Source: a virus (lineage: Duplodnaviria; Caudoviricetes). From it: a stretch of 38,037 nucleotides of DNA. Within the stretch, counting starts at the first letter, position 1, and each line of letters begins with the position of its first letter. Location of the stretch: positions 1 through 38,037 of the IMG/VR virus record IMGVR_UViG_3300031228_000018; one strand, written 5' to 3'. The translations under genes were made by a program, and so were the position numbers. The notes under the pieces were generated by a model. The model ran no database searches and had not been told where the DNA came from. It saw only the letters and a program-made list of their open reading frames with translations. This document shows, in pieces, positions 1-8,005 of this stretch.

Positions 1-330
1 TGTGGCGAGGGTTTCACCTACGGCTGCTCGTGGGACTGGCAGTGCGACACCTGGGATGGTGATTCCTGTCTCTGCACGCGCCCCTGCGAATGGTGCCAGC
101 CCCGCAGGCCTGACCCGGCACTACAACAGGTTTTAGCCGAGGCCCTCGCCGCTTGCCTCGCGCCGGGATGCGAGCGGCCGCGCGGCTCTATTTGCACCCG
201 CACCCTTTGTCATGGGCGAGGCTATGGCCAGCACCTTTATGCGAAAGGGATCGAAGCGGGAACCGATGAGACGCCGCAGGCGGCTCAGCCCGAAGGGCAA
301 GAGCCCGGTGCCGGAGGCATTCGCCCATGA
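1..330 (+). CDS. 3' part of a Cys-rich protein spanning the circular junction (begins at 37755)
   Basis: Manual translation across the junction: ...DCSNCGGEGFTYGCSWDWQCDTWDGDSCLCTRPCEWCQP...AGGIRP*; its stop overlaps the next ATG (ATGA 327-330). Confidence 0.75.
   Translation, partial: CGEGFTYGCSWDWQCDTWDGDSCLCTRPCEWCQPRRPDPALQQVLAEALAACLAPGCERPRGSICTRTLCHGRGYGQHLYAKGIEAGTDETPQAAQPEGQEPGAGGIRP
2..127. repeat. Terminal direct repeat (assembly overlap), copy 1
   Basis: 2-127 is identical to 37912-38037; position 1 (t) differs from 37911 (g). The length fits a k=127 assembly overlap of a circular or permuted genome. Confidence 0.95.
241..326 (+). repeat. Structured dispersed element, copy A
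   Basis: GCGAA-A-GGGATC-GAAG-CGG(GAA)CCG-A-TGAGAC-GCC(GCA)GGC-GGCTCA-GCCC(GAA)GGGC-AA-GAGCCC-GG-TGCC(GGA)GGCA-TTCGC-CC; aligns with six other copies. Confidence 0.9.
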
Positions 331-479
331 TCTGGCCCTTTCGTCGCCCGAACGCATCGGACGCCGCCCGCATCCTGAATACCCATCGAGCCAACCGTCA
401 ACGGGCCAAGATACACGCCCGCGTCGATCAGATGCGCCGCGACATTACGAAGCAGCCGGCGGTGAGGTGGAAGCGGTGA
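327..479 (+). CDS. Small basic hypothetical protein (50 aa)
   Basis: MIWPFRRPNASDAARILN...VRWKR*; coupled by ATGA and GTGA overlaps at both ends. Confidence 0.65.
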   Translation: MIWPFRRPNASDAARILNTHRANRQRAKIHARVDQMRRDITKQPAVRWKR

Positions 480-1090
480 GCGTGTTCGGCGATCTTCCGC
501 GCGGGCACTTCAAGGCGATCTACGCCGACCCGCCGTGGCGGTGGGAAAGCTGGGGCAAGTATCGCGGCCAGCGTGCGGGCCTCGCTCCGCAGGGCGATAG
601 GTCCGCCGACAAGCATTATGACACCGCAGAGGCCCCCGACATTCAGCAGATGCCCGTCGCCGATCTGGCGGCTGAGGATTGCGTCCTGTTCATGTGGGCA
701 ACGTGGCCGATGCTCCCGGAAGCATTGGACACCATCGGGGCTTGGGGATTCGATTACAAGACCTGCGCATTCGCGTGGACAAAGGCTGATGCCCGGCAGA
801 CCGAGTTCTTCCAGGATGACGTGAAGCCCTACATGGGCCTTGGTTATTGGACGCGCGCCAATAGCGAGGTTTGCCTGCTCGCCACGCGCGGCAAGCCGAA
901 GCGCCTCAACGCCGATGTGCGGCAAGCCATCATCGAGCCGAGGCGCGAACACAGCCGCAAGCCTGACTGCGTTCCGGCCCGCATCGAGCGCCTTGTTGAA
1001 GGCCCGTATCTGGAGCTTTTCGCGCGCACGACCCGGCCCGGTTGGACCGTCTGGGGAAATCAGACCGACAAATTCGCGGAGGCAGCATGA
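476..1090 (+). CDS. MT-A70 family adenine methyltransferase
   Basis: IYADPPW catalytic motif, LFMWAT, WGFDYKT, GYWTRANSE, HSRKP, YLELFAR. GTG start at 476 chosen from the GTGA overlap rather than 212. Confidence 0.9.
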   Translation: MSVFGDLPRGHFKAIYADPPWRWESWGKYRGQRAGLAPQGDRSADKHYDTAEAPDIQQMPVADLAAEDCVLFMWATWPMLPEALDTIGAWGFDYKTCAFAWTKADARQTEFFQDDVKPYMGLGYWTRANSEVCLLATRGKPKRLNADVRQAIIEPRREHSRKPDCVPARIERLVEGPYLELFARTTRPGWTVWGNQTDKFAEAA

Positions 1091-1135
1091 CCTTCATCCT
1101 GGATAACGACTGCACCAAAGCCGGGGAGGGGCGGC

Positions 1136-1528
1136 ATGGCCTCTGACCTGCCGGAAATGCGCCACGACAGTTCGCTCGGCATGGCGCGCGTGCTCACCCA
1201 ATACATGGACTGCCCGCACGCGGTCCTGACGCGCATCCGCGAGGACTTCGACCGGCCGCCCACGCTAAGCACGATCCGCCGGCTGCGGGCTGAACACCTC
1301 GCACCCCGCCCACAGCCCGCAGAGGCGCCGTTCAAGGCCTATGAGGGCTATCGGCCTGACGAAGTATCGCGGAATGCCATCCTCGCCAACGAGCGGTTCC
1401 TCGACGCCCTGAAATGGGAACGGCATAACTCTGCGGCGCTGCGCAGCACGTTCCTGGAACGGCCCGAGCTGGTCAACGCCCGTTGGGATCGAACGGTTGC
1501 GGACGCCAAGCGGGATGTGGCCGCATGA
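1136..1528 (+). CDS. Hypothetical protein
   Basis: 130 aa ORF with a GGAGG ribosome-binding site, coupled to the next gene. Confidence 0.7.
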   Translation: MASDLPEMRHDSSLGMARVLTQYMDCPHAVLTRIREDFDRPPTLSTIRRLRAEHLAPRPQPAEAPFKAYEGYRPDEVSRNAILANERFLDALKWERHNSAALRSTFLERPELVNARWDRTVADAKRDVAA

Positions 1529-2172
1529 GGTGCGAGACGATTGGGCGCGCCACGCTGTATCTGGGCGATTGCCGGGACATTCTCCCGACTCTCGGCGGGC
1601 GCCACTGCGTTCTGACTGATCCTCCCTACGGCATCGGAAAAGACGGACAGGTTCGTACCACAGGCGGCAACGGCGGGCGCAAGGCATACGACTTCATGGG
1701 ATGGGACGCCGAGCGCCCCGACAAGGAGATATTCGACCGCATCCTCGCCTTGTCCGATGACGTGATAATATGGGGCGGCAACTACTTCGCGGACTGCCTT
1801 CCCGCAACCGGCAAGTGGCTAGTCTGGGACAAAGGTCAGCGCATCAATCAGTCCGATGGCGAGCTTGCATGGACCAGCTACAGCGGCGCCCTTCGAATCA
1901 AGGTTCTTAACCGCGTTGAACTGATGACGGACGGCGCGGAACACCCGACGCAAAAGCCCATCCGGTTAATGCGATGGTGCATCACGCAGCTTCGCAGCGA
2001 TGACCCGATATTAGACCCGTTCATGGGGAGCGGAAGCACCGGAGTGGCGGCCACCGAAATGGGCCGCCAGTTCATCGGCATTGAGCGCGAGCCGTCATAC
2101 TTCGACATCGCCTGCCACCGCATCGAGGACGCCCAGCGCCAAGGTGACATGTTCATCGGAGAGGCCGCATGA
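1525..2172 (+). CDS. N6-adenine/N4-cytosine DNA methyltransferase (beta class)
   Basis: LYLGDC, TDPPYG, HPTQKP, ILDPFMGSGSTG and FIGIE motifs; ATGA-coupled start. Confidence 0.93.
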   Translation: MRCETIGRATLYLGDCRDILPTLGGRHCVLTDPPYGIGKDGQVRTTGGNGGRKAYDFMGWDAERPDKEIFDRILALSDDVIIWGGNYFADCLPATGKWLVWDKGQRINQSDGELAWTSYSGALRIKVLNRVELMTDGAEHPTQKPIRLMRWCITQLRSDDPILDPFMGSGSTGVAATEMGRQFIGIEREPSYFDIACHRIEDAQRQGDMFIGEAA

Positions 2173-2549
2173 TTCCCGCAATCGCCGATATGGAAGCCGA
2201 AGCGGCTGAGACGCGCAACAAGTACGGCGCCAAGCGGACGGCCTGCGCCCACGGCCACAGCCACGCCAGCAAGCGGGAAGCCAAGCGCTGCGGGGAACTG
2301 CACCTGCTGCTGCGCGCCGGGGCGATCGACGGGCTGGTTATCGAGCCGACGTATGAGTTGAGCCTCGACGGCAAGCATATCAAAATGGGGAACGGCCACA
2401 CGGCCAAATACCGTCCCGACTTCACCTATCTCGAAAAGGGCAAGGTGATCGCGGAGGACGTGAAGGGCTTCATCGTGCGGGACTTCCCGCTGCGGGCAGC
2501 GCTATTTCGGCACTGTTATCCAGAAATAGAGCTGAGGGTGCTGAAATGA
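2169..2549 (+). CDS. DUF1064 family PD-(D/E)xK nuclease-like protein
   Basis: NKYGAK, SKREAKR, YRPDFTY and EDVKG motifs. Confidence 0.85.
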   Translation: MIPAIADMEAEAAETRNKYGAKRTACAHGHSHASKREAKRCGELHLLLRAGAIDGLVIEPTYELSLDGKHIKMGNGHTAKYRPDFTYLEKGKVIAEDVKGFIVRDFPLRAALFRHCYPEIELRVLK

Positions 2550-3340
2550 AGCGCAAGGGTCTCTCGAAAAAGACGCGCTTTGAGGTTTTCAAGCGCGACA
2601 GCTTCACATGCCAGTATTGCGGCGGCCAGGCGCCCGATGTTGTCCTGCGCGTCGATCACATCAACCCTGTTGCCGGCGGCGGCGATAACGACATCCTCAA
2701 TCTCATTACGTCCTGCGAGCCCTGCAACCAGGGCAAGGGTGCGCGCACTCTCGACGACAACAGCGTCATCACCAAGCAGAAGGCCCAGCTTGACGAACTG
2801 AACAAGCGCCGGGAGCAGCTTGAGATGATGCTGCAATGGCGTGAGGCGCTGGCCACTCTGGACGCCGACTATGTGGCTGCGATCGAGGATAGATTTAAGG
2901 ATGAAACAGGCTGCCACCTGACTGAAAGCGGTCGGTCCACGGTAAAGCGGTGGCTCAAGCGATTCCCGCTCAGTGAAATCCTCTCGGCGCTCGATGATGC
3001 CTTGGGGAGCTACTACAAGGGCGGCGACCCCGAGGATGGCGAGCGCAACAACGAGCTGGCAGGGAAATCATTCAGCATGGTCCCCCGGATCATCGGGGCG
3101 AAGAAGCGGAATGCCGATAAGCCGTGGATGAAGGATCTGTTCTACGTCCGCGCGATCGTCCGCAACAGGATGTATTGCAACGAGCGGGTGGCCATAGACC
3201 TGATTGAGCGGGTCTATGATCTCGGCGGCGACATTGAGGACATGAAGGATTGGGCGAAGCAAGCCCGGAACTGGACCAACTGGCGCAACGAGATGGAGGT
3301 CTGGATAGAGGACCTCGAAGCGAACGGCGGTGAGCAGTGA
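2546..3340 (+). CDS. HNH endonuclease domain protein with helical C-terminal region
   Basis: RFEVFKRDSFTCQYCG...VDHINPVAGGG...NLITSCEPCNQGK. Confidence 0.9.
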   Translation: MKRKGLSKKTRFEVFKRDSFTCQYCGGQAPDVVLRVDHINPVAGGGDNDILNLITSCEPCNQGKGARTLDDNSVITKQKAQLDELNKRREQLEMMLQWREALATLDADYVAAIEDRFKDETGCHLTESGRSTVKRWLKRFPLSEILSALDDALGSYYKGGDPEDGERNNELAGKSFSMVPRIIGAKKRNADKPWMKDLFYVRAIVRNRMYCNERVAIDLIERVYDLGGDIEDMKDWAKQARNWTNWRNEMEVWIEDLEANGGEQ

Positions 3341-4101
3341 GCCGCATTCGTTCGATCCACCCTGGCCTCTGGACCGATGAAGATTTCGTCTCGCTCACGC
3401 CCATGGCCCGGCTACTGCTGATCGGCATATGGAACGAGTGCGACGACAAAGGGATATTTGTCTGGTCGCCGCTCCAACTCAAGATGCGGATACTTCCGGC
3501 CGATAATGCGGACGCGGCTGCCCTACTTGGGGAGATCGCGGCTGCCGGCTTCGTCATGCGCTATGAGATTGCGGGCAAGGTCTATGGCGCGGTTCGCAAT
3601 TTCGCCAAGTTCCAACGGCCCAAGAAGCCGAACAGCGTCCACCCATCAACCGCAGAAGTCCTTACTTTTGCGGGGCATAGTGACGAACCATGCCCCACTA
3701 GTGGGGAAGAGGTTCCGAACTCGTTCCCCACTCCTTCCGAAATCGTCCCGCAGATGGAGGAGGGAGGAGGAAGGATGGAGGAGGATGAAGAATTAGCATC
3801 TAACGATGCTTGTTCATCTGGCGATGAACCCGCCCTCAAGCCTGAACACATTCGAGATGAGTGGAACAAGCTCGCTGCTAAGCTCGGGAAGCCGCAAGTT
3901 AGGGACCTGACGCCCGAGCGCAAGCAGCTCCTGCGCGCCCGCATCCGGCAGTACTCAATCGACGATTTCCTGGACGTATTCGGGAAGATTGAGAGGTCGC
4001 CGTTCCTCCGAGGCGACACCGGATGGCAGCGATGTAGCTTCGACTGGATTTTCAAGAAGGCCAATTTTCAGAAGGCTTTGGAGGGTAATTATGACCAATA
4101 A
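3337..4101 (+). CDS. Phage replication initiator protein
   Basis: MSRIRSIHPGLWTDEDF N-terminus, low-complexity linker and C-terminal FDWIFKKANFQKALEGNY, typical of phage initiators; lies in the replication position. Confidence 0.8.
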   Translation: MSRIRSIHPGLWTDEDFVSLTPMARLLLIGIWNECDDKGIFVWSPLQLKMRILPADNADAAALLGEIAAAGFVMRYEIAGKVYGAVRNFAKFQRPKKPNSVHPSTAEVLTFAGHSDEPCPTSGEEVPNSFPTPSEIVPQMEEGGGRMEEDEELASNDACSSGDEPALKPEHIRDEWNKLAAKLGKPQVRDLTPERKQLLRARIRQYSIDDFLDVFGKIERSPFLRGDTGWQRCSFDWIFKKANFQKALEGNYDQ

Positions 4102-4453
4102 TCCCCTATCTGCCCGCCGCGAAGAACAGGGCGGCAGCGGCGAACTCAAGCCCGGCGAAACCCGCACAATCCTGGCCAAGGACAAGCAGGGCAACATCCT
4201 CAAGACGATGACGCTCTACCGCACGTCTCGTGAGTACGTTTACGACCTCTGCGATTGCTACAACGAGCACCGCACGAACGACGCCAAGGAACGCGGCGTC
4301 GAGTGGTACGTGACCCCTGCCGGCGAACTGAAGATCGGGGACAACGCGGCCTGGTCGAAGCACCACGCCCGTGAGATCGCGGCCCGCACCGAAACCGAGC
4401 GCAGCCGCTTCATCCGGCACCAGCTCGAGAACGCCCGAGGACAGGACGCATGA
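4091..4453 (+). CDS. Hypothetical protein
   Basis: ORF overlapping both neighbours; ATG at 4091 follows GGAGGG. Confidence 0.7.
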   Translation: MTNNPLSARREEQGGSGELKPGETRTILAKDKQGNILKTMTLYRTSREYVYDLCDCYNEHRTNDAKERGVEWYVTPAGELKIGDNAAWSKHHAREIAARTETERSRFIRHQLENARGQDA

Positions 4454-5088
4454 CCCCCTTTTCCCGCCTGACCAACGAAACAAGCCTGGAGCACAAGCTC
4501 CGCTGCGCCCGGATGAAGGCGGATGCTCGGGACCGCGCCCAGCCGATCATCACGGCGGAAGCCCGGCGCCACTACGCCGAGGCGGACGTGATGCACGTCG
4601 AGACCGGAACGCGGGCCGTTACCTTCCGCCGCCGGAGCATTTCGTCGCTGGTCCGGATGCACCAGCTCGGCAGCATCGATAACGCGCAATACGAGGCGGC
4701 CCTACGCATTGCGCGGATAGCCGAGCGGATCGAACGCGACGTGGGCGTTCGCGGCTCTGCAGCGGAAGCGCGAGTGGACTGTTCGGGCACATCCCGCGAT
4801 GCACTGGTGGAGCGGCTGAACCAGGTACGCGATGAAATGACCTACACCCGCTGGCGCCGGCTCATCCCCCTGCCGCGCCGGATGATCCTCGACATGATCC
4901 TGTGCGACCGTCCGCTGGCGGCGACGGCGAGCATTCACGGCAAGCGGTGGGAGACGCGCAACGGCAAGCCGGGCGCGCGGGACTTGTTCATCGGCGCGCT
5001 GGACCTGTGGTGCGATCTGCGCGAGCGGATCGGCAAGGATGTGGATGAACGCGATTTGCACTGTGCCCATGCCCGCATCGCCGCTTGA
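4450..5088 (+). CDS. Putative late-transcription activator/antiterminator (Q-like)
   Basis: Last gene of the early-right operon, followed by a promoter-like non-coding region; LGSIDNAQYEAA segment and a C-terminal HTH-like region. Confidence 0.55.
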   Translation: MTPFSRLTNETSLEHKLRCARMKADARDRAQPIITAEARRHYAEADVMHVETGTRAVTFRRRSISSLVRMHQLGSIDNAQYEAALRIARIAERIERDVGVRGSAAEARVDCSGTSRDALVERLNQVRDEMTYTRWRRLIPLPRRMILDMILCDRPLAATASIHGKRWETRNGKPGARDLFIGALDLWCDLRERIGKDVDERDLHCAHARIAA

Positions 5089-5113
5089 CTTTGGGAATGA
5101 GAATGGCATGTTC
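5085..5113 (+). promoter_or_regulatory. Candidate late promoter (pR'-like)
   Basis: TTGACT at 5085-5090 overlapping the stop of the Q-like gene, with a weak -10 (CATGTT) 16 nt downstream. Confidence 0.4.
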
Positions 5114-5426
5114 CAGTTACAGCGCATTAGTGCGCCGACGAAATACAGAAAGCCCGCCACGCCTCTCAACGATGCGCACCATGGCGGGCTGCTGATTCCA
5201 GATTGCTGCGGGGCGTGTTCTTTGCATCCCCGATACCCACCGGATCGAGGATGAGCCTACCCGGAAGGATGGCTGCCGTTCCCGCAGCAACCCCATTGGC
5301 CCGAGCGCACCCCTACGCTCCGCCAAGCCCGCGCCAAACCCGGATCGCACTCGCATCGCTCGGCAGCCTTTCCCTGGGCACAACCCGCCGACCGCTCAAG
5401 TCCGGATGATTGCGCGCGGGCTGAAG

Positions 5427-5618
5427 TTAGAAGAATCGGTTGGGCAATTCGCCAGCGTCCATCATTTCGAGGACAATCGACGCGGGACCGCTGATAGGCA
5501 CCTCGCCCTTTTCCCAACGGCGGATAGTGCGCAGGTCCGAGATACGCAGCAACGCGGCCAACTCCGTTTGGGAGAGGCCGTATCGCTGGCGAATGGATTT
5601 GATTTCAGCGGGGGTCAC
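5427..5618 (-). CDS. XRE-family helix-turn-helix regulator
   Basis: IKSIRQRYGLSQTELAALLRISDLRTIRRWEKGEVPI. Confidence 0.9.
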   Translation of the reverse strand: MTPAEIKSIRQRYGLSQTELAALLRISDLRTIRRWEKGEVPISGPASIVLEMMDAGELPNRFF

Positions 5619-5751
5619 GTCGGAAGCCTATCGCCTCCGCAGCCTCAACGACAGCATTTTCGCCCGCTTGGTTGGAATTCTCGGCAGCGTCGATCGCGCG
5701 CTTCAAGAAGGCAATGGCGCGATCAGCTTCTTGCTCGGTTGCGTTTCTCAT
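5605..5751 (-). CDS. Small hypothetical protein (48 aa)
   Basis: MRNATEQEADRAIAFLKRAIDAAE...RRDPR*; ATGA-coupled to the upstream gene. Confidence 0.65.
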   Translation of the reverse strand: MRNATEQEADRAIAFLKRAIDAAENSNQAGENAVVEAAEAIGFRRDPR

Positions 5752-5906
5752 GCGGTTTCACTCCAGATTGCGCGGCGGGTGCAAACGACAGCGCCGTAGG
5801 CCCGGTCCATGCGGTCCATCGCCTTCGAAGCGGCGGCGGAAGTCTTGTAGACCGAAACCTTGCCTGTGATGCGGTTGCTAACTTCGTAGCGGATCGGCTT
5901 TTCCAT
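5748..5906 (-). CDS. Small hypothetical protein (52 aa)
   Basis: MEKPIRYEVSNRITGKVSVYKTSAAASKAMDRMDRAYGAVVCTRRAIWSETA*; AAGGGAG ribosome-binding site upstream. Confidence 0.7.
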   Translation of the reverse strand: MEKPIRYEVSNRITGKVSVYKTSAAASKAMDRMDRAYGAVVCTRRAIWSETA

Positions 5907-5954
5907 CTCACATTCTCCCTTGTCAGGTGGGGCATTGCCCCGTTCGATGAATAC

Positions 5955-5983
5955 TGGATAGGGCAGAATGTCCTAGCTGTCAA
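5955..5983 (-). promoter_or_regulatory. Sigma70-type promoter with overlapping operator palindrome
   Basis: TTGACA-17 nt-TATCCA on the minus strand; imperfect palindrome TAGGGCA-GAA-TGTCCTA at 5959-5975. Confidence 0.7.
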
Positions 5984-6024
5984 CGGAAAAGCGCGCGTTT
6001 CGCAAATTATTTTAGGAGGTCTCC

Positions 6025-6210
6025 ATGCCCCTCATCGAACTAATCATCGTCCTGGTGCTCATCGGAGCCGCAATGTGGGCGATCAACAATTACATCCCGA
6101 TGTCCGCCGGCATGAAGAAGCTGCTCAACATCGTGGTGATAATCGCGGTCGTGCTGTGGCTTCTCACCGTGTTCGGCCTGCTCGACAGCATCAGCACGGT
6201 CACGGTGTGA
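6025..6210 (+). CDS. Small two-TM membrane protein (Thivi_2564-like)
   Basis: LIIVLVLIGAAMWAINNYIPM...KKLLNIVVIIAVVLWLL; strong AGGAGG ribosome-binding site. Confidence 0.85.
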   Translation: MPLIELIIVLVLIGAAMWAINNYIPMSAGMKKLLNIVVIIAVVLWLLTVFGLLDSISTVTV

Positions 6211-6392
6211 TGGCAGCCGCTCCGCTTCCCATCACATACGCAGCCGACGAGCAAATGCGGATAGAGGCACTGCGCGCTGCAGTCACCATGCAGGCCGCAC
6301 TCGTCGCCGCGGGTAGACTTGGGGGCTTGAGCGCGCTGGAGTTGGCCGACCAATACCTCGCATGGCTGCTCGATGAGAATGCGCAGCCATGA
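6210..6392 (+). CDS. Hypothetical protein
   Basis: TGATG-coupled; MAAAPLPITYAADEQMRIEALRAA...ELADQYLAWL. Confidence 0.65.
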   Translation: MAAAPLPITYAADEQMRIEALRAAVTMQAALVAAGRLGGLSALELADQYLAWLLDENAQP

Positions 6393-6422
6393 AAAACTTT
6401 CGACAATTCAAGTGAGGTTCTG

Positions 6423-6704
6423 ATGGCACATGGCGGCGCTCGTCCCGGCGCCGGTCGCAAAGCCGGTGGGGCGAACAAGCTATCCCGAGAGGCTTACGAG
6501 CGCGCCCAGGAAGGCGGCGAGTTGCCGCTCGACTTCCTGCTGCGGGTTATGCGCGATGACAATTCGGACGAAGCCAGACGGATCGACTGCGCCAAAGCGG
6601 CGGCGCCGTATGTTCACCCCAAGCGTGCGCCGATCGATGGCGACGGAAACGAGGCTGGGTTAGTGCTCACGGTTATGACCGGCGTGCCGCGTGGCGACGA
6701 TTGA
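6423..6704 (+). CDS. Terminase small subunit (putative)
   Basis: GGARPGAGRKAG and PLDFLLRVMRD...RIDCAKAAAPYVHPK motifs; directly upstream of TerL. Confidence 0.75.
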   Translation: MAHGGARPGAGRKAGGANKLSREAYERAQEGGELPLDFLLRVMRDDNSDEARRIDCAKAAAPYVHPKRAPIDGDGNEAGLVLTVMTGVPRGDD

Positions 6705-7989
6705 GCTGGGCTATCATGCCCGCGAGCCATTCATTCCACTCCACAGGCGCAAGCAACGTTTCGGCTGCATCGTTGCCCACCGGAGAGCGGGCAAGACCGT
6801 AGCGAGCATCCTGGACCTGATCGACGCTGCCCTGAGGTGCACGAAGCCCGATCCTCGGTTCGCCTACATCGCCCCGTACTACGCCCAGGCCAAGGACGTG
6901 GTCTGGGGTTACGTCAAGCACTACGCCGGGGCCATTCCTGGCACCACGATCAACGAAAGCGAGCTGCGGGTCGATTTCCCCAACGGGGCGAGACTCAGGC
7001 TCTACGGCGCCGACAACTACGACCGGATGCGCGGCATCTATCTCGACGGGGTGGTGCTGGACGAGTTCGCGGACCAGCCACCGCAAGCATGGCGCGAGGT
7101 CATCCGGCCGGCGCTTTCTGACAGGCAGGGCTGGGCGCTGTTCATCGGTACACCGAAGGGCAGGAACGCATTCTTCGATGTTTACCAGCAAGCGGTCGCG
7201 TCGCCCGAGTGGTTCGACCTGAAGCTCAAGGCTTCGGAAACCGGCTTGATCCCCGCCAACGAACTCGAGGCTCTGAAAACCGACATGAGCCGCAACGAGT
7301 ACGACCGGGAAATGGAGTGTGACTTCGACGCAGCGATTGAAGGGGCCTACTTCGCCGAAGGAATGACGAAGGCCAAGGCGGATGGCCGGATCAGCCACGT
7401 CGCTGCTGACCCTCTGCTTGCGCTCCGGGCTTATTGCGACATCGGCGGGCCGGGCGCGAAAGCCGACGCCTTCGCGATGTGGATTTGCCAGTTCGTCGGC
7501 CGCGAAATCCGCGTGCTGGATTATTACGAGGCCCAGGGACAGCCGCTCGCAGAACACGTCACATGGCTGCGGGATCGCGGATACGCCAAGGCCGAGATAT
7601 TTCTGCCGCATGACGGGTTGACCGAGAACGGGCCGAACCCAGGCAGTTTTGAGAGCGCGTTCGCCAGCGCCGGTTTCAGCGCCACCACGCTGCGCGGCGA
7701 AGGTTCGGGCGCCTCGGGTGCCAAGACAGTGCGGATCGCGGCTGTGCGGCGCTTGCTGCCCTCTGTGTGGTTCAATGAGGTCACAACCGCAGCCGGCAGG
7801 GATGCACTGATCGCTTACCATGAAAAGCGGGACGAAAAGCGCGGGATCGGACTTGGGCCGAACCATGACTGGGCCTCGCATGGGGCCGACGCCTTCGGGC
7901 TGATGGCGGTCGCTTACGAAGAACCACGAGTGAAGCGCGAAGGCCCCAGGCAGCGGGGCATGGTTTCCGGGGGGTGGATGGGCGCATGA
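6691..7989 (+). CDS. terL: Terminase large subunit
   Basis: Walker A AHRRAGKT, Walker B VVLDE, FIGTPKG coupling motif, C-terminal nuclease HDWASHGADAF. Confidence 0.95.
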   Translation: MATIELGYHAREPFIPLHRRKQRFGCIVAHRRAGKTVASILDLIDAALRCTKPDPRFAYIAPYYAQAKDVVWGYVKHYAGAIPGTTINESELRVDFPNGARLRLYGADNYDRMRGIYLDGVVLDEFADQPPQAWREVIRPALSDRQGWALFIGTPKGRNAFFDVYQQAVASPEWFDLKLKASETGLIPANELEALKTDMSRNEYDREMECDFDAAIEGAYFAEGMTKAKADGRISHVAADPLLALRAYCDIGGPGAKADAFAMWICQFVGREIRVLDYYEAQGQPLAEHVTWLRDRGYAKAEIFLPHDGLTENGPNPGSFESAFASAGFSATTLRGEGSGASGAKTVRIAAVRRLLPSVWFNEVTTAAGRDALIAYHEKRDEKRGIGLGPNHDWASHGADAFGLMAVAYEEPRVKREGPRQRGMVSGGWMGA

Positions 7990-8005
7990 CGAGGATTAGC
8001 TCCTG

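Noticed and set aside
1-127. Biological terminal repeat or att site
   Set aside because: The length matches a common assembler k-mer, it falls mid-ORF, and no integrase is present.
241-326. Hammerhead or other known ribozyme (CCGATGAG resembles CUGAUGA)
   Set aside because: No GAAA core in the right place, the motif is not kept in the other copies, and copies occur on both strands relative to transcription.
212-475. Long N-terminal extension of the MT-A70 protein from ATG 212
   Set aside because: The region is better explained by the junction-spanning ORF, element A and a coupled 50-aa ORF; GTG 476 fits the overlap pattern.
5406-6209. 328-aa ORF at 5406-6392
   Set aside because: It overlaps the antisense HTH operon and the 6025 membrane gene; only the part from ATG 6210 looks real.
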